Source of the DNA: an uncultured Chroococcidiopsis sp.
Lineage (GTDB): Bacteria; Cyanobacteriota; Cyanobacteriia; Cyanobacteriales; Chroococcidiopsidaceae
Length of the DNA stretch: 64,000 nucleotides
NCBI GenBank assembly: GCA_964248365.1
Contig: CAXTYC010000029.1
Span: 1-64,000, forward strand
Direction of reading: 5' to 3'
The notes under the pieces are model-generated. The model worked only from the letters and a program-made list of their open reading frames with translations. It had not been told where the DNA came from and made no database searches. Positions 38,614-48,570 of this stretch are shown in pieces (within the stretch, counting starts at the first letter, position 1; each line of letters starts with the position of its first letter). The translations under genes were made by a program, and so were the position numbers.

Positions 38614-39378
38614 ATGAGAAGTTCTATTGTGACTTCGTTTGTTTCTACTGTTACGGCTGCTGCTAGCATTGCTGTTATTTCCTCAGCCTTTGCTCCCGCC
38701 AATGCTTACTCAGTAATACGGACTAATGCTCAGGCTGGAAATCCGTCAAGTTTCCTGTATGATGTTGGACTAAATGCAGGCGACATTGGCAGACAACTAG
38801 ATCCAGTTACATGGTCTATTCCTAAGAACAGCAACAACACAGGCTTACCAGTAGAACTAAGTGCCAAAGCCGAGATTAAAGTTGAGAATTTTACCTCTAA
38901 AATGTTATCTTTGGCGATCAAACTAAGCAATACAACTGTTGCTAACTTCCATTCGTCTATCGTAAGTTTTGGATTTGGTGTAAGTCCAGATGCTAATGGC
39001 GCTCAATTAATCTCAAGTGCGCAGCAAACTTATGATGCTGTGCGAATTAAACCAAACGGCAACTTTCCTGGTGGCTTCAAAAACATCGATGTTTGCGTAT
39101 ACTCAGGTAGAGGTTGTAACGGTGGAGATATTAAAAAAGGTCTACAAGGTGGTCAATCTGATACCTTCATGCTTAATATCTTCGGTAACTTCGGTTCTGA
39201 TCCTTCAGTAACTCTTAGTGCATTTCCCCTTAAGTTTCAAACTGAGCAAGACAGTTATGAAGCCGCTGGTGTTCCTGAACCTATAACTGTGGTTGGTTCA
39301 GGATTAGCTTTAGGTTTTGGAGCTTTATTCAAAAAAGAGTCAGCAAAAAAGCGGAAAAAAGCTGAAGTTAAAGCCTAA
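38614..39378 (+). CDS. PEP-CTERM sorting-signal protein (cyanobacterial subclass, cistern-family-like)
   Basis: Signal ending APANA; VPEPITVVGSGLALGFGALFKK plus basic tail; FKNIDVC...GC.GG motif. Confidence 0.88.
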   Translation: MRSSIVTSFVSTVTAAASIAVISSAFAPANAYSVIRTNAQAGNPSSFLYDVGLNAGDIGRQLDPVTWSIPKNSNNTGLPVELSAKAEIKVENFTSKMLSLAIKLSNTTVANFHSSIVSFGFGVSPDANGAQLISSAQQTYDAVRIKPNGNFPGGFKNIDVCVYSGRGCNGGDIKKGLQGGQSDTFMLNIFGNFGSDPSVTLSAFPLKFQTEQDSYEAAGVPEPITVVGSGLALGFGALFKKESAKKRKKAEVKA

Positions 39379-39502
39379 AAAAATAGTAATCTCACTATTG
39401 TCAATCGTGAATTTACTGCAATGAGTGAGATACAAAGCTGAGATTGTGCCAGGGTAATCAGTGTAATTACCCTTGGATACAGCTCTGTTGAGAGGGTAAA
39501 TT

Positions 39503-39541
39503 AATCTGTAGCTTTGTTATACACAGCTACAGATTTTTTTT
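39503..39541 (+). terminator. Intrinsic terminator after the PEP-CTERM gene
   Basis: AATCTGTAGCT...AGCTACAGATT followed by a T-tract. Confidence 0.7.
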
Positions 39542-39618
39542 ACAAGCCGAAGAATTAATGCTTAGAGGCTATAGTAAATTTTGCCCTAGCTGGATGAAAT
39601 TAATTTATGAATTAATTT

Positions 39619-40473
39619 ATGAAAAATACTGCTACAGTATTAGTTAATTTTAATAATATTCAGTTTTGGCTACTAGGAATAGCAACAGGCTTAATTACTA
39701 TCCATTTAACCTTGACATCGAGAGCCAACGATGCCAGCTTATTGGGTACTAGTACCTTATTTTGGATTACTGTATGTTCGATAATATGGCAAAAGCGCGA
39801 TGCGCTCAATTTAGAAAGTAGAGTTTTTTCTAACGTTTGCGCGCTACTTATCATCGCTTTCGTACTGCTCAAAAGTATATCAGTATCTGGCTACGACCCT
39901 TTTTTGCGGCTCTTTCCCTTAATTTCCACCTTTGGTGTTGCCTTGCTTGCTTCTGGCTTTAAAGGGTTAAAGCAATATTGGCAGGAATTACTTATCCTTT
40001 GTTTTCTAGTTCCATCCCCAGGAACACTAGCATTATTAATTGATATATCTACGCTCACAGCTAAGTTTGCAACTGCTATCCTCTGGTATATGGGATTTGA
40101 AGTTTACCGTAAAGGAGTTCATATATATTTTCCAACTGGAGTAATAGAGGTATATCCAGGCTGTTCTGGAATAGAAAATATGCTCCATTTACTAGGATTA
40201 GCAGTAATGTTTTTATTGATTTTTCCAACTAAATGGCTAGAAAAAATTCTGCTACCTATTGTTGCAGTTTTGATTGCATTTGTAGTTAATGGCGTGCGAG
40301 TAGCAATTCTGGGTATTTTTGCAGCATCTGCTAATCCACAAGCGCTTGAGTACTGGCATAAAGGCGATGGTTCTTTAATCTTTTCAATGATTGGTGTGGG
40401 TATTTTAGGACTATTTTGCCTTTTCTTGCTTCGACAAGGCGAATATGAAGAGCATGACGAGGTAGAGTTGTAA
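39619..40473 (+). CDS. crtA: Cyanoexosortase A
   Basis: Multi-TM protein with catalytic VYPGCSG, NGVRV and YWH motifs; LLASGFKGLKQYWQEL. Confidence 0.9.
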   Translation: MKNTATVLVNFNNIQFWLLGIATGLITIHLTLTSRANDASLLGTSTLFWITVCSIIWQKRDALNLESRVFSNVCALLIIAFVLLKSISVSGYDPFLRLFPLISTFGVALLASGFKGLKQYWQELLILCFLVPSPGTLALLIDISTLTAKFATAILWYMGFEVYRKGVHIYFPTGVIEVYPGCSGIENMLHLLGLAVMFLLIFPTKWLEKILLPIVAVLIAFVVNGVRVAILGIFAASANPQALEYWHKGDGSLIFSMIGVGILGLFCLFLLRQGEYEEHDEVEL

Positions 40474-40475
40474 TC

Positions 40476-41144
40476 ATGAATATTTGGAAAAATATCCGCA
40501 TTTCACTTCTAGCTGTCATTTTACTTAATGTATTATTGGTATTAGCCAAGTCAATCGTAATTCCGGCTGAAGATAAGCAAACAGCAAGTGCTTTTGTTTT
40601 TCCTTCAGCAGTTCCATTAAAGAATTGGCAATCTTTACCCAGTCATGGGTTAGTTACTCAAAATTCTAAGCATCTTAACTATGTTTCTGGTAGACAGTAT
40701 CAATATATTCAGAATGATTTACCGCTAAATATTGAGATGCGTTATATAGTTAATACTGTTGGAGATGTTAAAGAATTTATCAAACAAAATACAAATATTC
40801 CTTCATCTAAAGTTACGCTGCGTCAGCAAGCAGGAATAGGTTTTTATAACTTGTTTACAACTCAAGAAAAAGCGTATTTGAGTAGCTGTATTAACCCGCG
40901 TGGTGGCACTACGGTAACAGATAGACAGTTCAAGCAAAATCGTAATACTTATGATGTGCAACTTAACCGTTTACTTCCTTGGTTACTAGGTCAGGAAAAA
41001 CTTAAAGATAATCGCTGTCTTTGGGTTCATTTATCCGTTCCTTTAAAACATACTACCCCAGACCATGCTTACCAAAAACTAGAAACTGCATTTTTTTCTT
41101 GGTATCAGTGGTGGGAGCCACGCTTTCCCAAAGAATCGAGTTAA
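40476..41144 (+). CDS. Cyanoexosortase A system-associated protein
   Basis: FPSAVPL, LNIEMRY, YLSSCINPRGG and DNRCLW motifs; adjacent to crtA. Confidence 0.85.
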   Translation: MNIWKNIRISLLAVILLNVLLVLAKSIVIPAEDKQTASAFVFPSAVPLKNWQSLPSHGLVTQNSKHLNYVSGRQYQYIQNDLPLNIEMRYIVNTVGDVKEFIKQNTNIPSSKVTLRQQAGIGFYNLFTTQEKAYLSSCINPRGGTTVTDRQFKQNRNTYDVQLNRLLPWLLGQEKLKDNRCLWVHLSVPLKHTTPDHAYQKLETAFFSWYQWWEPRFPKESS

Positions 41145-41145
41145 A

Positions 41146-41276
41146 TACCTCGTCTGAAAAAAATGGCAGACCGTGTATTGTCGGATCTGTTATGCATCAT
41201 GGGCTTCGCCTCACGCGCTCGGTCCGAACGGTTATCTAGTTTGACGGTCTGCCATTTTTTTATTTCCTCCCGCTTA
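41146..41276 (-). mobile_element. Dispersed palindromic element (AAAAAAATGGC family), copy 2
   Basis: Perfect 18-bp IR AAAAAAATGGCAGACCGT/ACGGTCTGCCATTTTTTT; homologous to 32799-33008. Confidence 0.65.
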
Positions 41277-41310
41277 AAAGTAAATTTATTTATAGTAGGA
41301 ATATCCAGCT

Positions 41311-42021
41311 ATGATGCGTTCAGAACATAATGAATTACAGTCTACTCATCTCCTTTTTCATGTAATTGGTTATGGATTACTATTATTTGTATTCTTTGAT
41401 ATTGTAGATATCCTTTTCCCGCCGCGCTTGATGAATCCTATATGGGAATTCCAAACTATAGGCGCATTAATCGAGCGTGTACCCCTTCCTTTAATAGGAA
41501 TGGTGCTAGTATTTTATGGAGAAAAAAATTACCGCTCTAAGTGGGAAATAATTATCTTAAAGCTCTTATCTCAATTTTCTATTGTAGTTGGGGTGCTGTT
41601 TTTGTTACTAATTCCTTTATGCATTAGTGATGCTATACGTATCAATAATTTTAACAACGATGGAATTAACGCTCAAATTACTCAGCAGCTTTCACAGATT
41701 CAACAGTTTGAACAGCAATTGAATAAAGCTACAGATCAAGAGCTAGCAAATTTGTTCACTAAAATCAATAACCAAAACCCAACACCTGAGATTAAAAACT
41801 CTCAGGACATGAAAAGTCGGCTGTTGACAGAAGTTCAAACTTCTCAGACTAATTTGAAGTCACAAGCTGAAGCTACTCGCAGAAGTAGAGGTTTTGGGTT
41901 GCTCAAAAATTCTGTCAAATGGTGTTTAGGAGCTTTGATTGCTGGCGATTTATTTATTCGGATTTGGCAAGCTACTCGTTGGGCGCGAGCTGGTAAAAGA
42001 AGAAAGTTAGCAACGTCATAA
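41311..42021 (+). CDS. HpsJ-like membrane protein associated with cyanoexosortase
   Basis: GYGLL, PPRLMNPIWEFQTIGALIERVPLPLIG and KNSVKWCLGALI motifs. Confidence 0.8.
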   Translation: MMRSEHNELQSTHLLFHVIGYGLLLFVFFDIVDILFPPRLMNPIWEFQTIGALIERVPLPLIGMVLVFYGEKNYRSKWEIIILKLLSQFSIVVGVLFLLLIPLCISDAIRINNFNNDGINAQITQQLSQIQQFEQQLNKATDQELANLFTKINNQNPTPEIKNSQDMKSRLLTEVQTSQTNLKSQAEATRRSRGFGLLKNSVKWCLGALIAGDLFIRIWQATRWARAGKRRKLATS

Positions 42022-42069
42022 GGTAGTATGCCACCTATGCCCACCTATTATTATGAGTAATAGGAGTTT

Positions 42070-43296
42070 TTATTTATTTTGGACAAAATCAAATAAATGA
42101 TGAGCAAGCTGTAATTTAGAACAAGATGGAATCTCTACCTGGTGTCCTTGTTTGTCTAAAAAGATAGCCCAGTTATTATCACTTGCAAATCCACTATCCG
42201 GTTGATCGATAGGGTTAGCGACGATCGCATCCAATTTCTTACTATACAACTTCTCCAATGCTGGAGTGACAATATCCCCCGTCTGAGCTGCAAACCCGAT
42301 TAAAATCTGATGCGGCTGTTTTCTTTCTCCCAAAGCGGCTACGATATCCGGTACAGGTTCGAGGGGAAGACTGGTAGGTAGCGATCGCTTGGGTAACTTC
42401 TGTTGACTATAATTAGCTGGTTTGACATCTGCTACAGCCGCCGACATCACAATCAAATCAGCACTGGGGAAGAACTCTAGCATCGCTCGTTCCATTTCCT
42501 CGGCACTGACAACCCCAATCGATTGCACCTGTTGTGGTGCATTCCAATTAGCACAACCATGCACCAACGTCACTGCTGCACCTCGATGGAGGGCAGCAGT
42601 TGCTAATGCTAATCCCATTTTGCCAGTAGAAGGATTGCCGATAAACCGCACGGGATCTAAATACTCTCTCGTTCCACCCGCACTAATTAATACTCGCTTA
42701 CCTAATAAATCTCGCTTGCCATTAGTATACAGTAGGGATTGGATATGAGTCACAATCTCTGCGGGTTCTGCCATCCTACCCGCACCAACGCGATCGCAAG
42801 CTAACAACCCATAACCTGTATTCATACCATGATAACGGCTATCTGTCAATAGCTGCTGCCAATTTCTTTGTACACTCAGCTGTTGCCACATCTCGGTATT
42901 CATGGCTGGTGCTAACAAAACTGGATAAGTAGAAGCTAGGACAGTATTTGTGAGCAAGTTGTCAGCCATACCGTGTGTCAATTTTGCCAGAGTGTTGGCA
43001 GTGAGGGGAGCGATCGCCAAAACATCTGCCCATTCCCCTAGATCTATGTGCAATGGACGCGCTTGAGTTGATTGCCAGAAATCTTTGTCTGTATAAGCAG
43101 GAGAGCGAGACAGAGTTGCTACTGTCAAAGGCGTAATAAATTCTTGGGCTGAACGAGTAAGAATTACCCTAACTTCAGCCCCAGCTTTAAACAAAGTTGA
43201 AATAACTTCACATACCTTATAGGCAGCTATACCGCCACCTATACCAATTAGAACCCGCGAGGCAATTTTGGATTTTGGATTCAAGGGTGATTGCAT
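42070..43296 (-). CDS. coaBC: Bifunctional phosphopantothenoylcysteine decarboxylase / ligase
   Basis: [38 protein letters not shown] and AAVAD motifs. Confidence 0.95.
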   Translation of the reverse strand: MQSPLNPKSKIASRVLIGIGGGIAAYKVCEVISTLFKAGAEVRVILTRSAQEFITPLTVATLSRSPAYTDKDFWQSTQARPLHIDLGEWADVLAIAPLTANTLAKLTHGMADNLLTNTVLASTYPVLLAPAMNTEMWQQLSVQRNWQQLLTDSRYHGMNTGYGLLACDRVGAGRMAEPAEIVTHIQSLLYTNGKRDLLGKRVLISAGGTREYLDPVRFIGNPSTGKMGLALATAALHRGAAVTLVHGCANWNAPQQVQSIGVVSAEEMERAMLEFFPSADLIVMSAAVADVKPANYSQQKLPKRSLPTSLPLEPVPDIVAALGERKQPHQILIGFAAQTGDIVTPALEKLYSKKLDAIVANPIDQPDSGFASDNNWAIFLDKQGHQVEIPSCSKLQLAHHLFDFVQNK

Positions 43297-43376
43297 TTTG
43301 GATTTTTATCTCCCTTGCCCCCCTGCCCCTCTGCTCCCTTGCAGTCAAAACGATAAGTATTTAACTAGAGACGAGA

Positions 43377-43589
43377 TCATGCTTCATCGTAGGGTTCGAG
43401 ATCTAGCAAGTGGATATAGGGTTCCACTAACTCTGGACGCTGAAAGGCGATCGCCCGTAGTAAATGCCAATCATTCAACCCGTCAAAAGCATTAGTGTAA
43501 TTGTCCTGCTCTAGACGGCTAGCCAAATCTGCTACCTCTAGTGAGGACATAGCAGCAATGTGCTGCTTGGAAATGCCCAAAGTTTTCAT
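43377..43589 (-). CDS. DUF2555 (IsiD-like) small protein
   Basis: LASRLEQDNY.NAFDGLNDWHLLRAIAFQRPELVEPY. Confidence 0.85.
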   Translation of the reverse strand: MKTLGISKQHIAAMSSLEVADLASRLEQDNYTNAFDGLNDWHLLRAIAFQRPELVEPYIHLLDLEPYDEA

Positions 43590-43719
43590 CTTCGTTCGCG
43601 CCTCCCTTGAGCAACGTCTGCATACTGCATATTGCGCTACATAATTGCAGCAACCCTATATATCTTACTGTTGTTCAAAGAGTGTGGATAACCCAAAGAT
43701 GAAGGATTATTATGAGGAT

Positions 43720-44355
43720 TTAATGAAGTTTTTGGCTTGCCCCCATTGTTACCCCTAAAACAAAATTCCGAATCAGTGGCAAAACTTCTGGGCGAATTTC
43801 ATGTGCCATATCAAATTCATGGTATTCTACCGCGACACCCAGTCTTGCTAAATTATCCCGTGCAGACACAGCGGCTTTGAGCGGCACTACTGAATCTTGT
43901 CTACCATGCACAATTAGGACAGGAGGAAAATTACCATTTGCTGGGTTGGAGATGGGATGCAAATACCCACTCAAAGCAATCAAACCTGCTAGTGGTAAAC
44001 CTAACCCTACATCTAGAGTCATCGCCGCCCCTTGGGAAAATCCACTCAAAATTGTGCGCGACAACGGTACGCCAGTGCTACTTTCGAGAGATTTTAACTC
44101 TTCGGTTAGTAATTGCCGACTCTCTTCATACCCTTGATGCTGCCCATTAGAAAGGTCGTACCACATCCTACCTATAGAGGTATAAGGATGGGGAAACGGT
44201 GCCTGGGGAAACATGAATTGATAATCGGGTAAATTCAAAAAGGGTACTAAAGAGGCGAGATCTTTATTATTTGCTCCCCAGCCATGTAGTGCCACAATTA
44301 ATCCAACTGGTTGAGTACCTGCTGTTGGTGGAACCGTAATCACTTTTAAAGACAA
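43720..44355 (-). CDS. Phospholipase/carboxylesterase (alpha/beta hydrolase)
   Basis: LHGWGAN, GFSQG, HGRQD and HEI motifs. Confidence 0.88.
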   Translation of the reverse strand: MSLKVITVPPTAGTQPVGLIVALHGWGANNKDLASLVPFLNLPDYQFMFPQAPFPHPYTSIGRMWYDLSNGQHQGYEESRQLLTEELKSLESSTGVPLSRTILSGFSQGAAMTLDVGLGLPLAGLIALSGYLHPISNPANGNFPPVLIVHGRQDSVVPLKAAVSARDNLARLGVAVEYHEFDMAHEIRPEVLPLIRNFVLGVTMGASQKLH

Positions 44356-44460
44356 AGACTTTCTCCCATTGTCAAGCTCTCTTAATCGATCTTAATTAAA
44401 GTTAACTGTTATGTGGGTATTCGGAAGAATGATAAATGACGAATTGGTAGTTGGTAGTTG

Positions 44461-44525
44461 GTAGGGGCGCACTTTAAACGAGTTATCTGAAGGTTCACAA
44501 GTATGCCTGGTAAACCCGCCCGTAC
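44461..44525 (+). repeat. GTAG-type REP-like hairpin, copy B
   Basis: GTAGGGGCGCACTTTAAACGAGTTATCTG...TAAACCCGCCCGTAC. Confidence 0.75.
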
Positions 44526-44569
44526 GGTAGTTGGTGAAAGAGGTATTGCGGTAAAGAGGTATTGCGGTA

Positions 44570-44743
44570 AAGGGACAAGGAGTGTAAACATATTGGTTTT
44601 TTCTGGCTAAGGTGTCGGCGAAGTTAACTCCACAAGAGTGCATCTTAATTACAACTTCTTCTGGTTTTGGCTTGTGGAGTTGGGATGTCTTCCAGACGCA
44701 AAACATCTACATCGCCGAATTCATGAAATTGAATTGCTTTGAT
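44570..44743 (-). pseudogene. Quinone oxidoreductase (MDR) N-terminal relic
   Basis: KAIQFHEFGDVDVLRLEDIPTP, frameshift, then EEVVIKMHSCGVNFADTLAR; truncated at a repeat. Confidence 0.7.
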
Positions 44744-44772
44744 GGGATTTATTTCTCCTTTGTGCTGTATAC

Positions 44773-45451
44773 TCACTTCAAACTAGAAGGCTGTCGTCCA
44801 CCGAGTCGCCCTCCTTGGGCTGGTGGTAGTTGATTAACAACAGATAGTTGCAAACGAACCTAGTTTCATGCCTCCCATCATGAAACGAATGAAGTCTCCC
44901 AATCCTTCGAGCATTCTGGCGCTACGCAAAGCCCCGCAGTCAACTGGTGCAAAACCAATTTCTTCAGCCAGCGCCATCCACTGTTTTCTTGGCTGATTCG
45001 TTGTCGCCGCACGTAAAACAAGAAACGCGATAGTCTTTGAGGGGTGTGGGTGACAGTTCAAAAACTTCCTGTGCAAAAGTATTAAATGCTTTGACTACAT
45101 GAGCGTGGGGTACATCTGCTGCAAGCTTTTCCGCTAGAGATTCAACTATTGGTTCGTAAGCATAACCCTTCAGGAATATTCCAATTGTTACAGTCAATTA
45201 AGACTTTGCCAGCTAGAACATCGGTGGATGAAAGGACAGCAGAAGGCCTGATGCCCCTCGTTGTGTATAGCATGACATCGCTCGATGCTGCCTCATCGTT
45301 TGTACCGCCCTTACTCCCATGTCCGGCTTCTTGGGCGATCGCTTGTCCCTTTTGGGGATCGCGGGAACCGAAAAATACCTCATGACCTCGTTCAGCCCAT
45401 AAAATACTAAGATCGCCCCATATTTCCAGTGCCAATTATGCCAATTTTCAT
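44773..45451 (-). pseudogene. F420-dependent NADP oxidoreductase-family gene, multiply frameshifted
   Basis: MKIGIIGTGNMG / GHEVFFGSR...VLIDCNN / HVVKAFNT / IGFAPVDCGAL pieces lie in different frames. Confidence 0.8.
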
Positions 45452-45467
45452 CGTGTTAACTGTCCTT

Positions 45468-46892
45468 TCAACTCGTTTCGTTAGAGATGGGCAAGCAAAC
45501 GGTAAATTCAGTCTTACCAGGCATTGATTTAAACGTGAGAGTGCCGCGATGCCGATTTTCGACAACGCGCCGCGCCGTCTCTAATCCCAATCCCGATCCT
45601 TTGCCAACAGATTTTGTGGTAAAGAATGGCTCGAAAATACGCGATTGAATGTCGGGAGGAATGCCAGAGCCGGAATCTGCGATCTGAACTTGAATTGTGT
45701 TATTGTTACAAGATGTAGCAATTTCGATAGTCCCTTTGCCTGTGTTAGCGTTGTTGAGCGAAGATATCGCATCAATAGCGTTATCAATCAAATTCGTCCA
45801 CACCTGATTGAGTTCGCTACCATACGCCAATATCTTGGGAAGCTGGCGATCGTATGCGCGGCGAATCTCGATCCCCTGTTTAATTTTGTGAGCGAACAGC
45901 CGCAGGGTATCTTCTATCCCCTCGTGGATATCGACCAGTTGTTGAACGCCTTGATCCATGTAGGAGTAGGATTTCATCGCCCCAACGAGTTCAGACATTC
46001 GTTTTGCTCCCCGCAATCCACTCGTAATCATCGTCATCACATCAAACGATAGAGCCAGCCAGCGCAATCCCATATCGCGCATTTGGGTTGTGTCGTTACG
46101 CCAGCGTTCCATCAACTTATCTAGCGCAGCAACTTCAACGCCTCCCACCGCTAACGGCTCCGCCAGCTTCCAAGCGTCCTTAACGCCGTAATCTTCGAGC
46201 CAATCGAGCATTTCCTCCTCACGTTCGCTAATCGCTAGTGAATCGACGCGATTGTGAAGGATTGCGTCATAGCCATCGTCCCGCACCTTCAGCCATTCCT
46301 GAGTATGCGCCTCGTCAATTTGGTTTCGTCCAGCAACCAAGTTCATGCGTTGTAGTTCGATTAGAGCCGGAATCACATCTTGCAAGGCACGTACTACGGC
46401 TGCTGCTGGATTATTTAATTCGTGGGCGAGTCCGGCGGCGAGGGTTCCCAGGGCTGCCATTTTTTCCCGCTGACGGATAAACGAGGTTAACCCTTCCATG
46501 CGGCGCTGCATGGTTTGAAACACAATCCGCTCAAAATCGCGGCACTCGTGAAGCAACTCGCGGAAATCTTCGTTTGTCAGGACGTGCAATCGACAGCTAG
46601 TGAGTGTGCGTAACGTGACTGGAACGAGTTCATCGGTAAGGCTTTGAATTTCACCAAAAAAAGAGGGCGCGTCGTGCTGTCCAACGGGAATTTCAACGCC
46701 TTCGCTTAGTCGTGTGATGCCGATGCGACCTTTAGATAGAATAAAGAATCCCCGTCCAGCCTCGCCCTCGCGCACAAGAATCTCGCCGTTTGATAACTCG
46801 ACCGTGGAAGCGCGATCGCATACCCAATCAAGTCGATGCTGGGGCAGGTGTTGAAAAAGTTCTAGCGCGAGCAGATCGTTTATACACAGCAC
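45468..46892 (-). CDS. cNMP-binding-domain sensor histidine kinase
   Basis: N-terminal cNMP domain (FFGE), LAHELNNP H-box, NLIDNAID, DSGSGI and GSGLGL motifs. Confidence 0.9.
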   Translation of the reverse strand: MLCINDLLALELFQHLPQHRLDWVCDRASTVELSNGEILVREGEAGRGFFILSKGRIGITRLSEGVEIPVGQHDAPSFFGEIQSLTDELVPVTLRTLTSCRLHVLTNEDFRELLHECRDFERIVFQTMQRRMEGLTSFIRQREKMAALGTLAAGLAHELNNPAAAVVRALQDVIPALIELQRMNLVAGRNQIDEAHTQEWLKVRDDGYDAILHNRVDSLAISEREEEMLDWLEDYGVKDAWKLAEPLAVGGVEVAALDKLMERWRNDTTQMRDMGLRWLALSFDVMTMITSGLRGAKRMSELVGAMKSYSYMDQGVQQLVDIHEGIEDTLRLFAHKIKQGIEIRRAYDRQLPKILAYGSELNQVWTNLIDNAIDAISSLNNANTGKGTIEIATSCNNNTIQVQIADSGSGIPPDIQSRIFEPFFTTKSVGKGSGLGLETARRVVENRHRGTLTFKSMPGKTEFTVCLPISNETS

Positions 46893-46913
46893 AACAGGGT
46901 TCCTTTGATGATT

Positions 46914-47621
46914 TCAATAAGACACTTCTTGGCGATCGTGAAACAGTTTTCCACTCAAACTAGCTGGCGCTTGGGTCGCTAACCAAACTGCGGTATCTGC
47001 TCCTTGTTCGGGGGTACGCGGCGCACCACTACCACCCATATCGGTTTTCACCCAACCAGGATCGAACGCATTGACAACAATGCCTTTATCTTGTAATGCT
47101 TCTGCCAACATAATCGTTGCGCCGTTAAGTGTCAGTTTCGACAAGCAATAACTGGGAATATCTGCCGAAAGTCCTGCTAACTCACCCAAGCCACTTGAAG
47201 TATTAATGACACGGGCGTGAGATGATTTTGTTAATAATGGTAGAAATGCTTGAGTTACACGAATCGCACCAAAGGCATTAACATTCATTGTTTGATTGAG
47301 TAACTCACGCTTAATGGTGAGAATATTAACGCCTTGATCGGGATAAATGCCAGCATTATTAATTAAGACATCGAGTGAATCAATTTCTTGACTTAAGTTC
47401 TTTGCTGCTAATTGAATGCTGTCGTCATCGCTCACATCTAATTCAAGCGGACGTGCATTTGATGATTTTAATTGCTCAATTGCGGCTTTGGCTTTATCCA
47501 GCGATCGCGCTGCCATAATTACTTCAAATCCTTTAGCTAGTAAGCCTTGACAAATCACAAAACCTATGCCTTTATTGCCTCCGGTAACGAGGGCGCGTTT
47601 TCCTTGAAATTGTGCTGTCAT
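46914..47621 (-). CDS. SDR oxidoreductase (carbonyl reductase-like)
   Basis: TGGNKGIG, NNAG, YCLSK and PGWVKTDMGG motifs; ATG 47621. Confidence 0.88.
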   Translation of the reverse strand: MTAQFQGKRALVTGGNKGIGFVICQGLLAKGFEVIMAARSLDKAKAAIEQLKSSNARPLELDVSDDDSIQLAAKNLSQEIDSLDVLINNAGIYPDQGVNILTIKRELLNQTMNVNAFGAIRVTQAFLPLLTKSSHARVINTSSGLGELAGLSADIPSYCLSKLTLNGATIMLAEALQDKGIVVNAFDPGWVKTDMGGSGAPRTPEQGADTAVWLATQAPASLSGKLFHDRQEVSY

Positions 47622-47677
47622 AAATGAATTTCTCCAAGTGTGAAATTTGAGCAATACTGACTTGACAAAAAGTAATC

Positions 47678-47702
47678 GTAAGGTGGGCAATGCCCACCCT
47701 AC
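47678..47702. repeat. REP-like hairpin overlapping the hydrolase stop codon
   Basis: GTAAGGTGGGCAATGCCCACCCTAC. Confidence 0.7.
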
Positions 47703-48568
47703 ACTTCGGCAAAAAAGCTTAATAGGTGTTGAATGAGTGCCTCTGGTTGTTCTTCGGCAACAAAATGTCCGCAATTTTCAATTATGACTCCCCGCACATT
47801 TAACGCCGCAACCTGCATACATTCTTCTACGGCTGTGCTGAAAACTGAATCTGCACCTATTGCGAGAACGGGCATTTTGAGCTTCGTTTTGGCATATATT
47901 TTGCCCTGTTGGGTGTCTTCAAAATATGTCCGGTAATACTCAAATGCGGCTCGCATTGCTCCAGGTGCAGCGTAGACTCGAATATATTCATCAATGTCTG
48001 TTTTAGAAATTGCAGATGGATTGCGCGAGTAATGTTGATATAACCAAGATAAATACAAGCGTTCTCGCCCTTCCACCAGTAACTCAGGTAAGTCAGGCAC
48101 TAGATGAAACGCTCGATGCCACATACCACCACCTGGCACTAATGGGATAGTATCATCTTTCACTAGCCCTGCGGGCATACACTCGATCGCCACTAATCGA
48201 CGCACCATTTCTGGATATTCAGCCGCGAAAACGTAAGCAGTTGAACCGCCGTAATCGTGTCCGACTAAGAAAATTTGCTGTAAGCCAAGCTGTTTCAATA
48301 ACAGGTAAATGTCATGAGCAACAGTTCGCTTGTCGTATCCAGATGCGGGTTTATCGGAATCTCCTAACCCGCGTAAATCGGGTGCAATTACAGTGTAATG
48401 CGTCGCAAGTGCTGGCATAACTTTCCGCCAAGCGTAAGAACTTTGGGGAAAACCGTGTAGCAAAACGACAGCATCGCCTTGTCCACCCATGACGTAGTGC
48501 AATCGAATATCATTGACTGTCGTAGTGTGGTGTGTAAAATCGAAGTTGAAGGCAGGATTGTTGCTCAT
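47699..48568 (-). CDS. Alpha/beta hydrolase (epoxide hydrolase / haloacetate dehalogenase-like)
   Basis: HGFP, PDLRGLGDS, GHDYGG and CGHF motifs. Confidence 0.88.
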   Translation of the reverse strand: MSNNPAFNFDFTHHTTTVNDIRLHYVMGGQGDAVVLLHGFPQSSYAWRKVMPALATHYTVIAPDLRGLGDSDKPASGYDKRTVAHDIYLLLKQLGLQQIFLVGHDYGGSTAYVFAAEYPEMVRRLVAIECMPAGLVKDDTIPLVPGGGMWHRAFHLVPDLPELLVEGRERLYLSWLYQHYSRNPSAISKTDIDEYIRVYAAPGAMRAAFEYYRTYFEDTQQGKIYAKTKLKMPVLAIGADSVFSTAVEECMQVAALNVRGVIIENCGHFVAEEQPEALIQHLLSFFAEV

Positions 48569-48570
48569 AA

